In this document: positions 34,761 through 49,200 of the stretch, piece by piece
How the letters are laid out: each line of letters opens with the position of its first letter
How positions within the stretch are numbered: position 1 is the stretch's first letter
Assembly: GCA_043228905.1 (NCBI GenBank)
Contig: JBHGNT010000016.1
Span: forward strand, 14,198,001 to 14,262,000
Reading direction: 5' to 3'
DNA: 64,000 nt
DNA from: Azolla caroliniana
Taxonomy: Eukaryota > Plantae > Polypodiophyta
Position numbers and translations under genes: made by a program
Notes under the pieces: model-generated
Databases searched by the model: none
Told to the model about the DNA's origin: nothing
Seen by the model: only the letters and a program-made list of their open reading frames with translations

Positions 34761-37700
34761 TAGACTCTATAAAGAATATGACACTGACGATTTGTTAAGA
34801 TTTCACATTATTAATACAAATTTTGGGTTTTACCTAGTGGATTCTATTCTTTATAATCATCTATATGTTTCAATTTTATTTTTATATACCTCATTAGTAG
34901 ATTTATGATATTGGTTTCACCGCGTGCATAGCTGACTACCAAACTTATGGAGAAACATGAACTAGCTTAAATGGAGGCTGATTTTGGTCCAAGCTAACCT
35001 TAACAGAACATGGCCCTATAATTATTGCCATGACTGTCCATGTTGTTATTATGGATCTTTGTCTTATATTGTTAAAACAGGTCTAGTTTCTATTCCATTG
35101 CTGCTTAGATTGTGTAGTGTGTTGATAATGGTTCCAGTTGCGTTATCGTTCGGAGTTTGATCTTGTGTGAATCACCTAAGCAATAGAGTAGATCAATTTT
35201 AAATATAGGTATGAAAGCCTAATAGGTTTGTTATTTCCACGACATTATCCTAAAGTTCACTGCCTTACATTGTGCACAATTATATACACATATGGTTTGA
35301 TCCCATATGAACAAACTGAGGAATAGATTAGATCAACTTTTAATATAAGTATTGAATACTTTAATAAGTTAGTTATTCCAATCACTTATCCTAATGTGCA
35401 CTATCCTACATTTTCGACAATTACATACATGCACGTATGGGTCAAAGTATAAATTATATCTCATTTTATTAGTATGGATACAAGTACACCTCATAATTTT
35501 GTAAAACCTACCTAATTAATATAAGTCTTTAAGTTAGTGTTTCCCTTGTCGCACAATAGTGCCATATTGAGCCATAGTTGAACTTTATTTAGATACATTA
35601 ACTTATCAACATGTCTAAACTTGCATGATTTCTAATGATCTCCACTCGTAGATCTATCATGTATTTTTATATTTGCAAATTCTTATCAAGTTGAGGAACA
35701 TGTGATACTAGTGCATCCAATTTTTGTAGAGAGGGTGTATTTGCTTCGTTTTAAGAAGATTCTACAAGTGGAATGCGCAATCCTTCCACTTGTGAACGCG
35801 AACGTGTTCCAATGTACTTCTTCCAGTTTTCCCATTTAATTGTTCAGGCGGATTTCGAGTTGATGCCTTCTCTCTTGTTCTCCCACCAATTGCTCGTCGA
35901 GCCATGCTTTCTTCTTCTGCAATAAGGCCTGGAGTCCCGCGATTACCGCTTCCGATTTTTTCGCTTCATCCCGTCATTGGGCATTTTCTTCTTTCGTCCG
36001 GGTGTGTTGTGTTGTCTCTGCTGCGAGTTTCTCTTCAAGGGTCTTCACTGCCTTTTTGCCGTTGGCCCGGATGACCTTTTCTCTGTTCGAGGACTGGCGA
36101 AGTTCAGCACGGAGACGATCAATCTCTGATTCCGCTAGTTGCACGACCCGTTTTGCTTTTGAGGCAATGGCGGTCTGAGCTTCAATCTCTTCCCTCAGGG
36201 CTTCGATGGCGTTGGTTGTTGGTGGAGCTGCCTGTTGCACCGTAGTCACGTTATTTTCCAACTTCGTGATGTGTTCATTGGCCTTTTGTAGCTCGGCTTG
36301 GGTCAGTTTCACCTTTTTCCAGACATTTTTATTTTTAATCGCCATATCCTTGGCGCCCATACTGACCTTTGCCAATTCCCTATGAACTTCGACAAGGGCC
36401 GTGTTTAATGGGGGTAGTTCCATCCCCATTCGGCGTATACCGGCGTTCCTCTACCTGCCGACTCTGGCTAACTGATCCTCATCATCGCTTTCCGTCGTTT
36501 GTGTTAACGCGCGCTCGATCATTTGGCGCTCCGCGTGCTCCTCGGCCATTCATTGTGAGATTTTTATCTGTTCCGTGGCCAAGAATTCCATGAGTTCAAA
36601 AGTGGTTCCGAACTGTAATAGTGGGCCGAACTCATGGGCCGTGTCCGAAATGTCTGGATACGCTAGGACCTTGCTTTCCACCGTCAATACGCCTTTCCCC
36701 CACTGTGACTGGGTTGTAATGATCAGTTGTGGTTCCCGGATTACATCGAAGGTGGTGTTGGGCTCCGTAGCTGGAGAGCTATCGCCCACGATCGTTGTCT
36801 CCATGGCTGCGAGTGCGTCTTTAACTAACCTTCACCCATCTTTCCTATCCAATCTCCGCCTTTTCGTCTTCTAGCTTCCGGCTCTGGTGTCGCTTCCTCA
36901 GTGCGCGTAACCTACTTTTCCTGCGTTGTTCGCGTGTTTGGTTGGGCGGGTTGGGGTTCATCCTTCCACTCTGTGGTGGCTAACTCCACTAACCATCACT
37001 TTGCGGATCGAGGCGGCGCCGTAGGCTTGCTGGGTTGCGGTGCCGGCAGACCTCGGGGTGGGAATAGTATCGTCAGGTATTGTTGTATGATAGGCCTGAG
37101 CTTTTTGCCTCATTGATACGCGTGCAGGCCTTCCCTTAATGCCGGCCCCGTAATGACCCCCCAATCGACCATACGCCCTTGAAAGGTATCAATGATGATA
37201 CCTGCCTTCTGCTTGGGCATCGCATATGCATTTACATGTACGCATCCAACCTCCAATAGGAACTTGGCGATTTCGCGGAAAAAGGGATCCGGGATCTCCT
37301 TCGTTCTAAATGCCTTGGCAGATGATGAATATGGACCGAAATATCTATACAGGGACTCCACAGGAGGGATTTTGAAATGCCTTTCACCCAGTGATGATAG
37401 GTCCAACTTTTTCCGAATGGATGAGTTGGTGACCGTGTCGATGTTGAGCTTTCTAGCGATGTCCAGTGCATCAAGGTGTGGAGGTGCCTTAGCGACCCTG
37501 ATGTACCCAGCCAAGCGTTTCTCCACGAGCCATCGACGCAAGGCAGTAGAGATGAATATCGGCATAGTCAAAATAGGGTCGTGGCTAGTGGGTGAAGACT
37601 GTTGGTTGCGGCAGGCTTGAGCTCTATGATAGGATGGAGAAGAGGGTGAGGAAGGGGAGCAATGAGAGCGCTGAGAGTTAGAAGGTTGATTTCTGTATTG

Positions 37701-40700
37701 TGTAGAAAACCTTCTATTTCCTTCTTTTTGTGGCCTAGGTTCATTGGTCGGTAAGCCATCGTGGTGCCACCTGTTCTTGGTCTAGAAGTCTTTGCATGCC
37801 TTAAGTCCTTTTAATAGCGTCGCTATCTTCTTCTTTTTTCGTAATGGTTACATACAATACTATTTTTACACTACAATACAAGTAGGGCCGTCTACTTACT
37901 CCGCGGATTGTTCGGCTTTGTCTTGTCCGGCAGGGAACGGGTTAGGTGTCGTAGGTCCCAGATAAGGTTTAAGGCGAAACCCATTCACTTTTTGTCGTAA
38001 CACTTCCCCGGCCAGCATGCCCAATGGAAACTTGCCTTGTTCTGCTCCTACTATCCAGTACGGGCCTGTCCAGCGGAATCGTAATTTTCCTGGCATATGC
38101 CCCATGCGTGTTTGGAAAACTAATACCGCTTTTCCAACCGTAAAATCTTTTTCATGCACATGCCAGTGTCGATCAACGAATGCTTTGCGTCGCCGTTGTT
38201 CATGCTCTAATATGGCCATATTGCGTACCCTTGTTTCTCCTAGCTCTAGTAGTCTCTGTAGCCGTATTTGTGCGGATTTGCCCTCTGGTAGCCGAGCTGG
38301 TATTTGAATCCGTAGACTGGGTACCTGGAATTCAACTGGCATCATGGCCACTAGACCGAATGCCAGCCTGAACGGTGTTGATTGTATGCTGCTCTTATAG
38401 CTGGTACGGTATGCCCATAATGCGCTATGCAACTTGGTGTCCCAATCCGTCCTGTTCTCATTGACTATCCTTTTGGGGATAGTTTGGAGGGTTTTGTTCG
38501 TGGATTCCGCCAAGCCATTTGCCTGCAGGTAGTACGACGTACTTTTCTTGTGCACCACCACGTAATGTTGGGTCAGTTCGCTGATGACCGTATTCAGAAA
38601 GTGACTCCCTTGGTCATTAATGAGCTCGATAGGGCAGCCGAAATGACACCAGATGTGTTCGTACAGGAATTTCGCCGTGACTGCCGCGGTATTCTCGCGT
38701 AGTGGTTTCGCTTCTACCCACTTCGTGCAGTAATCCGTAGCCACCAGGATGTACTTATTGCTTGTTCGAGTGGCCGTCGGGGTAAAAGGTCCTACAAAAT
38801 CTAACCCCCACTTTTGGAAAGGATCTAGTGGCAACATTGGTTGGTGTGGCATTCTTGCGACTTCTGTGGGCTGACCCAGTCATTGGCATAAATCGCACTG
38901 TTTGCAATATTCATACGCGTCCTTATGCATCATCAGCCACCAAAGTTCTGCTTGCCAAATTTTCCGGGCCGTAACATCGCCCACGTAATGTCCTCCCATC
39001 GTATCACAATGGGCTTCGCGTAGAACTGCGGCCTTCTCATCCTGTCGTATTTTGCGCCTCCAGATGCCGTCACTACCCTTGTGGTATAATATGTTTTCCA
39101 CTAAACAGAAATTTCGACTTCGAACGACTCCGAATGATCCACGTGAAACGTGAATTTCCGCCCTAGCAGATAATGCCGGAACTTATTGATGTCGTAGATC
39201 ATCCCCAACGCCTCATGTTCCATTGTGCAATAGTTACAGTCAGCCGTTGATAATTTCTGACTAGCACAGTACACCGGCCGGTACCAATTCGGCTCCGTGA
39301 GCTGCATTAGCGCACTACCTATTGCTATGTCTGAGGCATCTACGAACACGTGGAATGGCTTCACCCAAATTGGTGGTTGTACGACGGGTGCCTGCGTTAG
39401 CATTACCTTTAGTGCATCATATGCCTTTTCTTCCGTAGCTGTCCATTGGAAGGGAGTCTAATGAACGGCGACATGTAACGGCGTGGCGAAGTCCGCCAAA
39501 TAGCATATCATCTGACTGTGCCATCGTATTTGTCCTAAAAAACGGCTGAGTGATTTCGTGTTTGTCGACATTTTCGCTTGGGTAACTGCGGAGATTTTAT
39601 TCGGATCGACTGCTATCCCTTCCTTGCTGACTATATGGCCGAGGAGAGGTCCACTGGTAACGCCGAAGGCACATTTGGCGAGATTCAGGCTTAAGTGTGC
39701 GGTGCGGCAACGTTCCAAGCACAATTGCAGATGCATAAAATGGTCGGTTGTTCTCCCATATACCGCAAAATCGTCTATAAAAATTTCCATGAAGGCCGGA
39801 ATATATACCCCAAAAATCTTCGTGATTGTCCGTTGAAATGTCGTCGGCGCCGTCTTTAGCCCGAACATCATGACGACTGCAACATAGACTCCCCAGTCCG
39901 TGACAAACGTCGTCTTCTCTTGGTCGTCGGGGTGCATCCGTACTTGGTTGTACCCATTGAAGCCATCTAAAAAACTGTACATGTCATGCCCCACGACTGC
40001 GTCCAATACGCTATAAGAGAAAGGTAAAGGTAATGCGTCTGTAATGGTTACGGCGTTTAATTTTCGGTAGTCCAAACATACCTATATTTTGCCACTTTTC
40101 TTTGGTACGACTACGATCGGACTTAACCATGTAGCTTGTTTAACTGACTGTATGAATCCTGCCTTGAGGAGTTTGTCAATTTCTTCTTTTATGCGGGCCG
40201 CGTAGTTTGGGTTCATGCGTCGGTTGCTAAATTAATCTTATCTTGATAGAACTTCGGACCTAACCCCTTCATGTCCTCGTGGGCCCAGGAGAACACATCT
40301 TTATACTTCTTGAGTAGTGCTATCATCGCATCTCTCTGATCCGGCATTAATTCTTTTGCGATGGAGAGGAAACAGGGTTCTGACATCGTACCCACGTATA
40401 CTTCTTCCAGGGCTGAGGCGGTGGCTCGCCGTGAAATTTCCATTTCCGTCTCGAACGTTGCCCGTGCTCTGCTTAGTTCTAATATTGACTCCGGGTTTGG
40501 TTCGTAAGCCTCGTCGTGGAGTTTAGCGGGCGTGGCATATTCCGCCGCGGTTTCGATGACGTCGATTTCGAACAACGGAATAATCCGAGGGTGCTCGTCT
40601 AGGTATGCCTCTAATTCTGTATCATCTACCCCAGCCAACATATTTATATCCTCCGTGTACAATGGTGTTATGCCCTTGGGTTGTGTCGCCATTTCCTCTG

Positions 40701-43700
40701 TTGGTACGCGGACCTTGGTGCCTCCGCATCGAAAGCTGATACACTTGTGTTGCCAGCTCTGCTTGATATTCGCTGAACGAAGCCACGGTCTACCCAACAT
40801 TATAGGATACGCCCCTGGGGCGTCAAGGGCAAGGACTACCACCGAGATGTCGAAGGAATGTCCTTCCACGATAATGCCTACCTTGCGTATCAACCCCAAT
40901 GGTCGTACTGAGCGGGCATCCGCCATGCGGAGCCAAAACGGACAAGCTTCCCAATCTGAAATTCCCAATTGTTCGCATGTCTTCGCGCTAATTACATTAA
41001 CGCTTGAGCCGCCATCGATTACACATCCTGGGATTTCCTGACCGTACAATATCAACTTAATAGTCGGGTTGTGGTGATCCACCACTGTCGGTCCGTCGCT
41101 AATGTCCGTAAAATTCACAGCGACGCTTACCCCAGGTCTGCCCGTCACCCGCTCTTTCACGGCCTGGCGGAATCATGGGAATAGTTGTAGCAGCTTCTCC
41201 ATGGTTAACGTTATCTCGCAGCCTGTCAGTGCTTGCCATATGGGGTCCGGGGATGGTCCATCATCCTCCAATAGCTCCACGATGTTTGTGGACTCCTTCC
41301 GCATGCGCTCCGTATTTGTCGCGTTTGCTTTTTCAACCCATGCTTGGGCTGTCCGCCGTATCTCATCTTGCACGGCCCAATCAACATTTTTTGTTTGCTG
41401 ACGTGTCATGACTTGCTGTACTTCCGCCGTAATCGTATTGACGGTCGGCCCCTTGCCCTTGCGTACTGGGCATTGTGTGGCATAATGTCCAGGCTGTTGA
41501 CAAACAAAACAATGGATGCTAGATTCTCCCTTCTTGGCCCATGGTGGTGTGTGCCAATCCCCAAGTGTGACTTGATCCTCCCGGTCCTTATTCGTTTGTT
41601 GGAGCGTACACGGAGGTTGTTGTTGGTCCCGGCGCGGTTCCTAGTGCCGGTCATCGTCCGAACTTTCGTCGTACCGCCGTTGGTCCCAATACTAACGATG
41701 CTTTCCGCAAGGCCCATTAAAGCCACCACATTTGTTCGTCGGACGGTAATTCTCATAGCATCGTCCCCCTTTAGTATTTTTGTGGTTGCCACGGTAGTCT
41801 TCATCCTCCGGCTCGTCTTCCTCGGAATCGTTGTGATTCCGGCGATTCCAGTAGTGCCGGTCATCGCATGGGTTCCGATCCATATACTGTGGTCATGCAC
41901 TGGATCGCTTGACGAAAATGTCACTCCTCGTCCTGAGGTAACGCTTGTCATAATGAGGACATGGAAAACCTTTCCTCTTCTTCGTCCAGCTCGAGCTGTA
42001 GTGCTCTTTTTATGACCATATCGGCCGTTTCCCCTTTCATGCTATTGTTGTTGAGCATTGTCCGTATCGGTCGGCGTAATGCTACTAGAAATGTCTCCCT
42101 AGCCTCAGCCTCCATCGGGCCCCATTCTAATTTCCGCCTTAGTTTTTGGAAGCGTAAGTTAAAATCCGCGACCGTCTCGGTCGACAACTGTTTAATTGTG
42201 TATAACTGCCCGAGGATTTTGCATTGTGGCACCCTCCAATGAAAAAACCGTAGAAAGGCTGACTGTAGCTGGTCGAAGGTCGTGATTGATGGCAGATCCA
42301 TCTACAAATGCCAAAACGCCGCTCTCCCATCCAAGGTTAATCCGAACTCCGTCATTTTGGACTGGTGCGCTACTGCCTCGGAAAGGCTCTTCGCCATGTG
42401 GTTTGCATTCCAAACATTGAGGAACAGTCGGATGTGGGTTGCGGCGTCGGTTTCGCCATTGAAGCGGAGATAAGCAAAGGCCATGTTGGGTGCTACGGCG
42501 GGCAGGGAAAGGCCACAATGCTTTTGTGGTGAGCGCGCTTCCCTCGTATTGCCGAGGTATTTGGAGAGCGATAAATTGTCTTTGTGGTTCCGATAGGTAG
42601 TACTGAAGTTACTAAGGCGAGGGTTTTGCCGTGCACGTTCCTCTACCTGGCGTGTGATGGACCTTGTGATTGGCCGGTCTTGTCGTGTTGGTTCTCTGGG
42701 CGTCTGCAGCTAAACATCCATTCGTCGTTGTTCGTCTGTGAGAAGACACAGATCACCCAAGCGTGCCAAAAGTGTTACCGATTAGGAACACAATCTATGG
42801 TCAGTCCTTTGACCTAGACCTCAAAGTGACTATGTGACAAGGAATGGTAACGTCTGTGCGTAATACTTAGTGGGCTACCTCCTGTAACCTAGCAGCGTAT
42901 AAGGGAGACGGCTACAACCGACCTCCTTAGACAGTGAGCTAGCGCACACACTGTGACTCACGCCTACACTCTTACGACTGTGCTACGCCACCAAGGATTA
43001 CAAACACATAGTAGATTAACCACAGATATGTACAGATATCAGAGAAGATAGAACTCTATAAAGATACGCCTTTTACATTCAAAATTACCCGCTACCTCTA
43101 TCAGAGGTTTCCTGCCCTTTATATACGCAGGGTCTTTTAGCCGTTCATGCTTCCCACGTGAACCATTTACATGCGTTACAATATTACTCTATTCCATATT
43201 ATTGCGCTCGTGTCTGTCGGTTACTATTCCGGCGGACAACAAAAATACCTTCTGTCCAGGGTTGAATACCCAAGGTTGTCTATTATTATCAACATAAAAA
43301 CGCGCTCTATCTTGAGCTATTTTTATATTATCTCATGTAATATGTAACATATCTTGCATATCCCAAAGAAACTTTTGCGTACTTTGCAATTCATCATGAT
43401 GTATATTAACATTAATGTGTGCTCATGGTTGAAAACCATACATCAACATAAAAGGACTATATCCCAACGACGTATGCTTGGAGCTGTTATAAGCAAACCC
43501 CAAAATTGAGAGATAATGTTCCCATTTTTTGGTTTTGCACCACCGTATGCTCGAAGCATGACCTCAATAATTTGATTTACTCGTTCTATCTGTCCATCAA
43601 ATTGAGGATGATTCGTGGAGCTCATGTTCAAAGTAGTTTCTAACTTCTTAAAGACTTTCGTCCAAAAGTCGCGAGTAAAATTTGGATCTCACTAACTCAC

Positions 43701-45939
43701 GATATCCATCAGTAACCCACAAAAATGAAATAACTCATCAAAGAATTGGTACGCCAATTCATGAGTTGTTACCATGATTTTAGTAGCAATAAATCTATCC
43801 ATTTTAGTTAGTCACGTTTTTGGGTGCGAGGAATGCTAACAATAATATCCATGGATATACTTTACCATCTTGATATAGGATGACACCTATAGCATAATCA
43901 CTTGCGTCGATTTCAACCTGAAAAGGTTTTGAAGGATCTGGTAAAAGAAGCAAATGAGCCTTGCACACTAGGTCCTTGAGTTCCTTCAAGGCAAGGTCTA
44001 GTGTAGCATTTCAAACAATAGGTATTGTAGACTTACATGTTTGACATTTTAGAAGATTAGTAAACGGCATCATGAATTGGGAATAATTACGAAGCGATTT
44101 TCGCAAAAACCCGACAAACCCAAGGAATGATTGAACCTTTCAAATATTCTGAAGATTGCACCAAAGTTTGACTTTCTCGATGCAAGAAGGATCAATTTCA
44201 ACTCCTCGTTCGGTTATGAGATGTCCATGATAAGTAATTGATTTCTTGAAGAACTCACATTTTGAGATCTTCGCCTAGAATTGTTTGTCGCGCATTGTTT
44301 GTAAAACAAAGTGGACATGTTTAGCATATTCTTCTAATGTACGACTATAAACTAGAATATCATCCAAGAAAATAAGGACAAATTTTCCAAGTTGTTCTTT
44401 GAAAATGTCATTCATTTCTTGTTGAAATGTGGCCGGAGGAGCATCGTCCTCACTTATACCAATTTGATGGTAGCCTGTACGAAGATAAAGTTTTGTAAAA
44501 TAACGAGCTCCTTGGAGATAGTCAATTAGATCGTCAACCAAGGGCAATGGATATGAATTCTTGATTGTCACTTTATTCAAGCGTTGGTAATTAATACACA
44601 TACGCCATGTGCCCTATTTATGTTTTCACCAAGAGAACAGGTGCACCCCATGGAGGTTTACTATAACGTATATAACCCATTCGTAAATAGTCCTAGAGTT
44701 GCTTAGATATATCATCCTCTTCGAATCCACTTAAGCAATACAAATGTATACTTATTGGTGCAACGCCAGATACAATATCTATACGATGGTCTATATTACG
44801 TTAAAGAGGTAACCCGTGTGGTACTTCACTCAGAAAAACATCACTCATCAAGTTGTTGTTGTTGTTCAAAATATGATAATTGACCCGTGACATTATCGAT
44901 ATTATAAACATGAATGCTTGGATCAAGTACACAATAAAATAAAGAAGAACAAGACAACTCGAATATTCATGGAAAGGAAACAATCGAAAGAGATTGTTTT
45001 TTTACACATTGAATAAAATGAGTACAATTGTTTAGTACAAAAGTAATTGAATGGTGAACCCAATCAATAGATAAAGAAAAGTTTTTATTATAAAACCGGG
45101 ATAACCCAATATTACATCAGTGGTACAAAGATTCATTACATGGTGGTCTACTTCCTCTATATAAGTATCAATAGAAATTCCCAATGAATGAATCGCCCCG
45201 TTGATGTATTGTACTCTTCCATCAGCTAAGTGCACCTTATAGGTGTCATCACTTACGGTGGGTTGGATTCCCCATATCTGAACCAAACGATCACTCAAAA
45301 AGTTGGGTGAGCTTCCCGAATCAAATAAAAATTGTTTGGGAGATCCATTGATACACCTGTTTGCACGAAATAAATCATTGGGTCCCAATACATAGTGAGA
45401 GAAAGAACATTTACACTTATTTAAATGATGTGTATAGACCTCAAGGACATTAGGATTGTTTTGTTGTCATGCTCTTTCCATTGCAGCTTTTGACATTGCT
45501 CTTTTATCTGACCCTTCTTTTTGCAGAATACGCAAAACTGATTTTGTCGCTTACAATCGAGATCCATGAATTCATTGGGTATCTTGCGTTTCCTAGTGAA
45601 TTGTGACTTCTTAGTTCCTGGTACTTTGGATTTGTTATGGTCCTTCTTCGAAGTGCGTTGATGGAGAAGAACTATTTCAATGGCCTCTTCGAAGGATTTG
45701 GGATCTTGATCGTGCACTATCCAGTGATAGTCCAAATTGGGAATGCCATTGACAAAACGAGCTATTGACCAATTGTCCCCTTCTAGACTCTATTTTTGGA
45801 TTTGGGTTCTAGCATGGTGAAGATAGTCTTCTAGCGAGGAAAATTTCCGGCCAAAGAGGTTCATCAAAGCTTGTGCTGCCTCGGTTTGAGATAGAGGTTG
45901 CCGAAATTGACCCTTCAAAAGTGTGACAAAGTCTGTCCA

Positions 45940-46148
45940 CGTAGGTAGGGCCAGATCGGTGCGGAAACCGGGAGGCCGTTAGGAAAGATATTCCGTGAGG
46001 AATATATTTGGGAGTTAGTGTAGGAGCTCTCAATGAGCATTGAAGTATTGTCAGTCCTTCTAGGACTTGTATAAAAGTGTTCATTGAACACACATATGTA
46101 TAGTGTGGTGAATAGAGATTGGGTACTTTTGTTGAATATAGTTCTTGT

Positions 46149-46208
<60 letters not shown>

Positions 46209-49200
46209 CTGCGTATACTGCGTAAGCTCAAGCTCTCCATTAAACCTGAGTTTTCTGCCTCCTGTTCGGTCTTCATACTTGCTTCCGCACGCTACTTTTT
46301 ACAAGTTTTCGCTAGATTCACCCTATGAACAACCTCTCCCTAGGAACTTTGTCAAAGGCTTTGCGGAAGTCCACAAAGCAACAATATAATTTCTTCTTAC
46401 GAGCCTTCGTGTGGTCAATTAAGCACTTAAGTGTGAAGATATGGTCAATGGTGGAGAATTCTCTTCTAAAGCCAGCCTGCTCAGGTGCTCGTCCCTACTC
46501 ATGAGCATATGGTAGAGTTTCCGATATTGAGATGCTTCCCAAGCTCGTCTTTTACGATGTGTCATCTTGCGCATCTCTTTGCGAGCTTGTACTGAGGAAA
46601 TAGTACCACTAAGTCGCGACACTTTAAGTTGTATATACAACTCTCTACAATCGTCATCATACCACTTGTTTTGTGGCATAGACCCTATTCTACTATGATT
46701 GGAGTGTTTCGTGTATGGGAAGCTACTAATTGCTGCTGAGTGGAGGATGCGTGTGAGTTCTATAGTGAGGTTCTCTAAAGGCATGGAAGAATCAAAAGAG
46801 AAGATATGGGCTTGAACATGCCGACAGTAGATGTCAGTGAGCTCATGCGTGAAATGTATTATGGTGTGGTGGTTTGGTTGACTAGAGTTGGTGGCGTGGG
46901 AGGTGTCGCATTTTAGCTCAAAGTATAGGAAGCTATGGTCTGCACCAATGGGGCATTGGGCCACCCGGAAGGAGTTAACCATGTGGGTAGCTTCAGGGCG
47001 TCCTATTAGGTAATCAACTATGCTTTCCCCTCCTCCATGTGGGGAACATGTGAGCTCTTCTGAGCCCGGCCACTTGGCTAAGAAATTATATATGATCATC
47101 TACCGAGGAGCACCTTCAGTGTGCGCAACACATACTTCGGTATGTCAACGGCACTAAGGACCGGGGACTGTTATATCGGACCGGTGCAGCCGCGTAGTTA
47201 GTCGGCTACACCGATGCTGATTGGGCTGGCAACGCCGCCGATCGTCGATCCATGTCCGGATACACGTTCTCCCTCGGGAGTGCCGCGATCGCGTGGAGCA
47301 GAAAGAAGCAGCCGACAGTTGCACTATCGAGCACCGAAGCTGAGTATCGAGGAGCGGCTGTCACGACATGCAAAGCCATATGGTTGAAGCGGCTACTTCA
47401 GGACCTGCAAGAGGAGGTGTCAGCTCCGACGACGATCTACTGCGACAACCTCAACAGCATTCAGCTCGCGAAAAACCCTGTTTTCCACGCACGGGCTAAG
47501 CACATTGAGGTGCACTACCATCTCGTCCATGAGCGTGTCCTTTCCGGTGAAGTCGAACTTCAATACGTTCTGACGGATCGGCAGACTGCCGACACCTTCA
47601 CCAAGCCTCTTAGTGTGGACAAGTTGCGGCAATTCTGAAGTGCGCTCGGATTGCGTCAGCTCGACGTGCCAAACTTGAGGGGGAGAACAGCCCTGAACGA
47701 CCAAGCAAGGCAGCAGGAAAGGAGCGGAGACCGCGACACCGAGTCGGTTGACTCGGTTGTCGAGTTCGACTTCGGATCGACTGAAGAAGCCCAAGGCGGA
47801 CCTGTGGAAAAGTCCGGAAGCAGACAGTAGGGGAGCAGTCGAAGGAGAGAGCCGAAGCCAACCACGCATGGGGAAGATGACGTCATCGAGGGCGAGAAGA
47901 CCGAAGACAAGTTGGAGACAGCCAACTCGGACGAGAGCGAAAACCGATCAGAGATAGCCGAGTCGGTTCGGATGTTTGATTCAGATACGTTGAATCAACC
48001 GAGGCCCAAGCGGAAGAAAAGGCAGTAGGAGAAACGTCAACACCGCGACAGCAGAAGAGCTGATAAGGGCCACATGAGTAGGCAAGGCGACCGGAAGGGT
48101 CAAAGTGCGCGGACTCGAACAGGTCGTGGAGCGCGAGCGAGGCATGAAGCCAGGAGGAACCGGAGCTGTGAGCCCGAAGATCCCGAAGAGCCTCAAGTTG
48201 AGCTTGAGGGGGACTGTTGAGAGACAAGCTCAACATCGGCCGGATCGGCTGAAGAAGCCGAGGACCGGATCAGTTGGGACCGATCGGTTAGGACGAATGC
48301 ATAAACCGGTATGCAGACCGGTGCGTAGGTAGGGCCGGATCGGTGCGGAAACCGGGAGGCCGTTAGGAAAGATATTCCGTGAGGAATATATTTGGGAGTT
48401 AGTGTAGGAGCTCTCAATGAGCATTGAAGTACTGTCAGTCCTTCTAGGACTTGTATAAAAGTGTTCATTGAACACACATATGTATAGAGTGGTGAATAGA
48501 GATTGGGTACTTTTGTTGAATATAGTTCTTGTGTTCTCTCTCTCTCTCTCACTCTCTCGTCTCTCCCGCGTATACTGCGTAAGCTCAAGCTCTCCATTAA
48601 ACCTGAGTTTTCTGCCTTCTGTTCGGTCTTCATACTTGCTTCCGCACGCTACTTTTTACAAGTTTTCGCTAGATTCACCCTACGAACAACCTCTCCCTAG
48701 GAACTTTGTCAAAGGCTTTGCGGAAGTCCACAAAGCAACAATATAGTTTCTTCTTACGAGCCTTCGTGTGGTCAATTAAGCACTTAAGTGTGAAGATATG
48801 GTCAATGGTGGAGAATTCTCTTCTAAAGCCAGCCTGCTCAGGTGCTCGTCCCTACTCATGAGCATATGGTAGAGTTTCCGATATTGAGATGCTTCCCAAG
48901 CTCGTCTTTTACGATGTGTCATCTTGCGCATCTCTTTGCGAGCTTGTACTAAGGAAATAGTACCACTAAGTCGCGACACTTTAAGTTGTATATACAACTC
49001 TCTACAATCGTCATCATACCAATTGTTTTGTGGCATAGACCCTATTCTACTATGATTGGAGTGTTTCGTGTATGGGAAGCTACTAATTGCTGCTGAGTGG
49101 AGGATGCGTGTGAGTTCTATAGTGAGGTTCTCTAAAGGCATGGAAGAATCAAAAGAGAAGATATGGGCTTGAACATGCCGACAGTAGATGTCAGTGAGCT

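Larger units (their letters stand above)
26482..35808. mobile_element. 9327-bp TIR DNA transposon (Sola1-like) carrying a ParB-methyltransferase cargo gene
   Basis: 36-bp TIRs AACACGTTCGCGTTCACAAGTGGAAGGAT(C/T)GCGCAT at 26482-26517 and 35773-35808 with one mismatch. TSD CCAA at 26478-26481 and 35809-35812. The empty site restores the Gypsy ORF. Confidence 0.93.
25779..37759 (-). pseudogene. Extra coiled-coil-rich ORF downstream of integrase, interrupted by the DNA transposon
   Basis: ORF pieces at 37110-37571, 36550-36804, 35974-36429, 26292-26480 and 25779-26063. Removing 26482-35812 restores the frame KLEEVHW-KESQLWAG. Confidence 0.75.
25028..43241 (-). mobile_element. Non-chromovirus Gypsy (Athila/Tat-like) LTR retrotransposon with an extra 3' ORF
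   Basis: LTRs 25028-25476 and 42773-43241, TSD AAAAT, PBS CTTTTGGCACGC next to 42773. gag about 42500-41400, protease VIDGGS, RT FIDD, RH VDASD, integrase WGLDF (37896-38852). Confidence 0.92.
24025..45800 (-). mobile_element. Old degenerate Gypsy chromovirus hosting the 25028-43241 insertion
   Basis: Probable 3' LTR 24025-24594 (TGTTA...TAACA), PPT and chromodomain-like WMDKPIKDATWE at about 24600-24720. Integrase continues at 43247, then RH (IDASD), RT (FLDD), protease (LFDSG) and gag out to about 45735. Confidence 0.7.
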
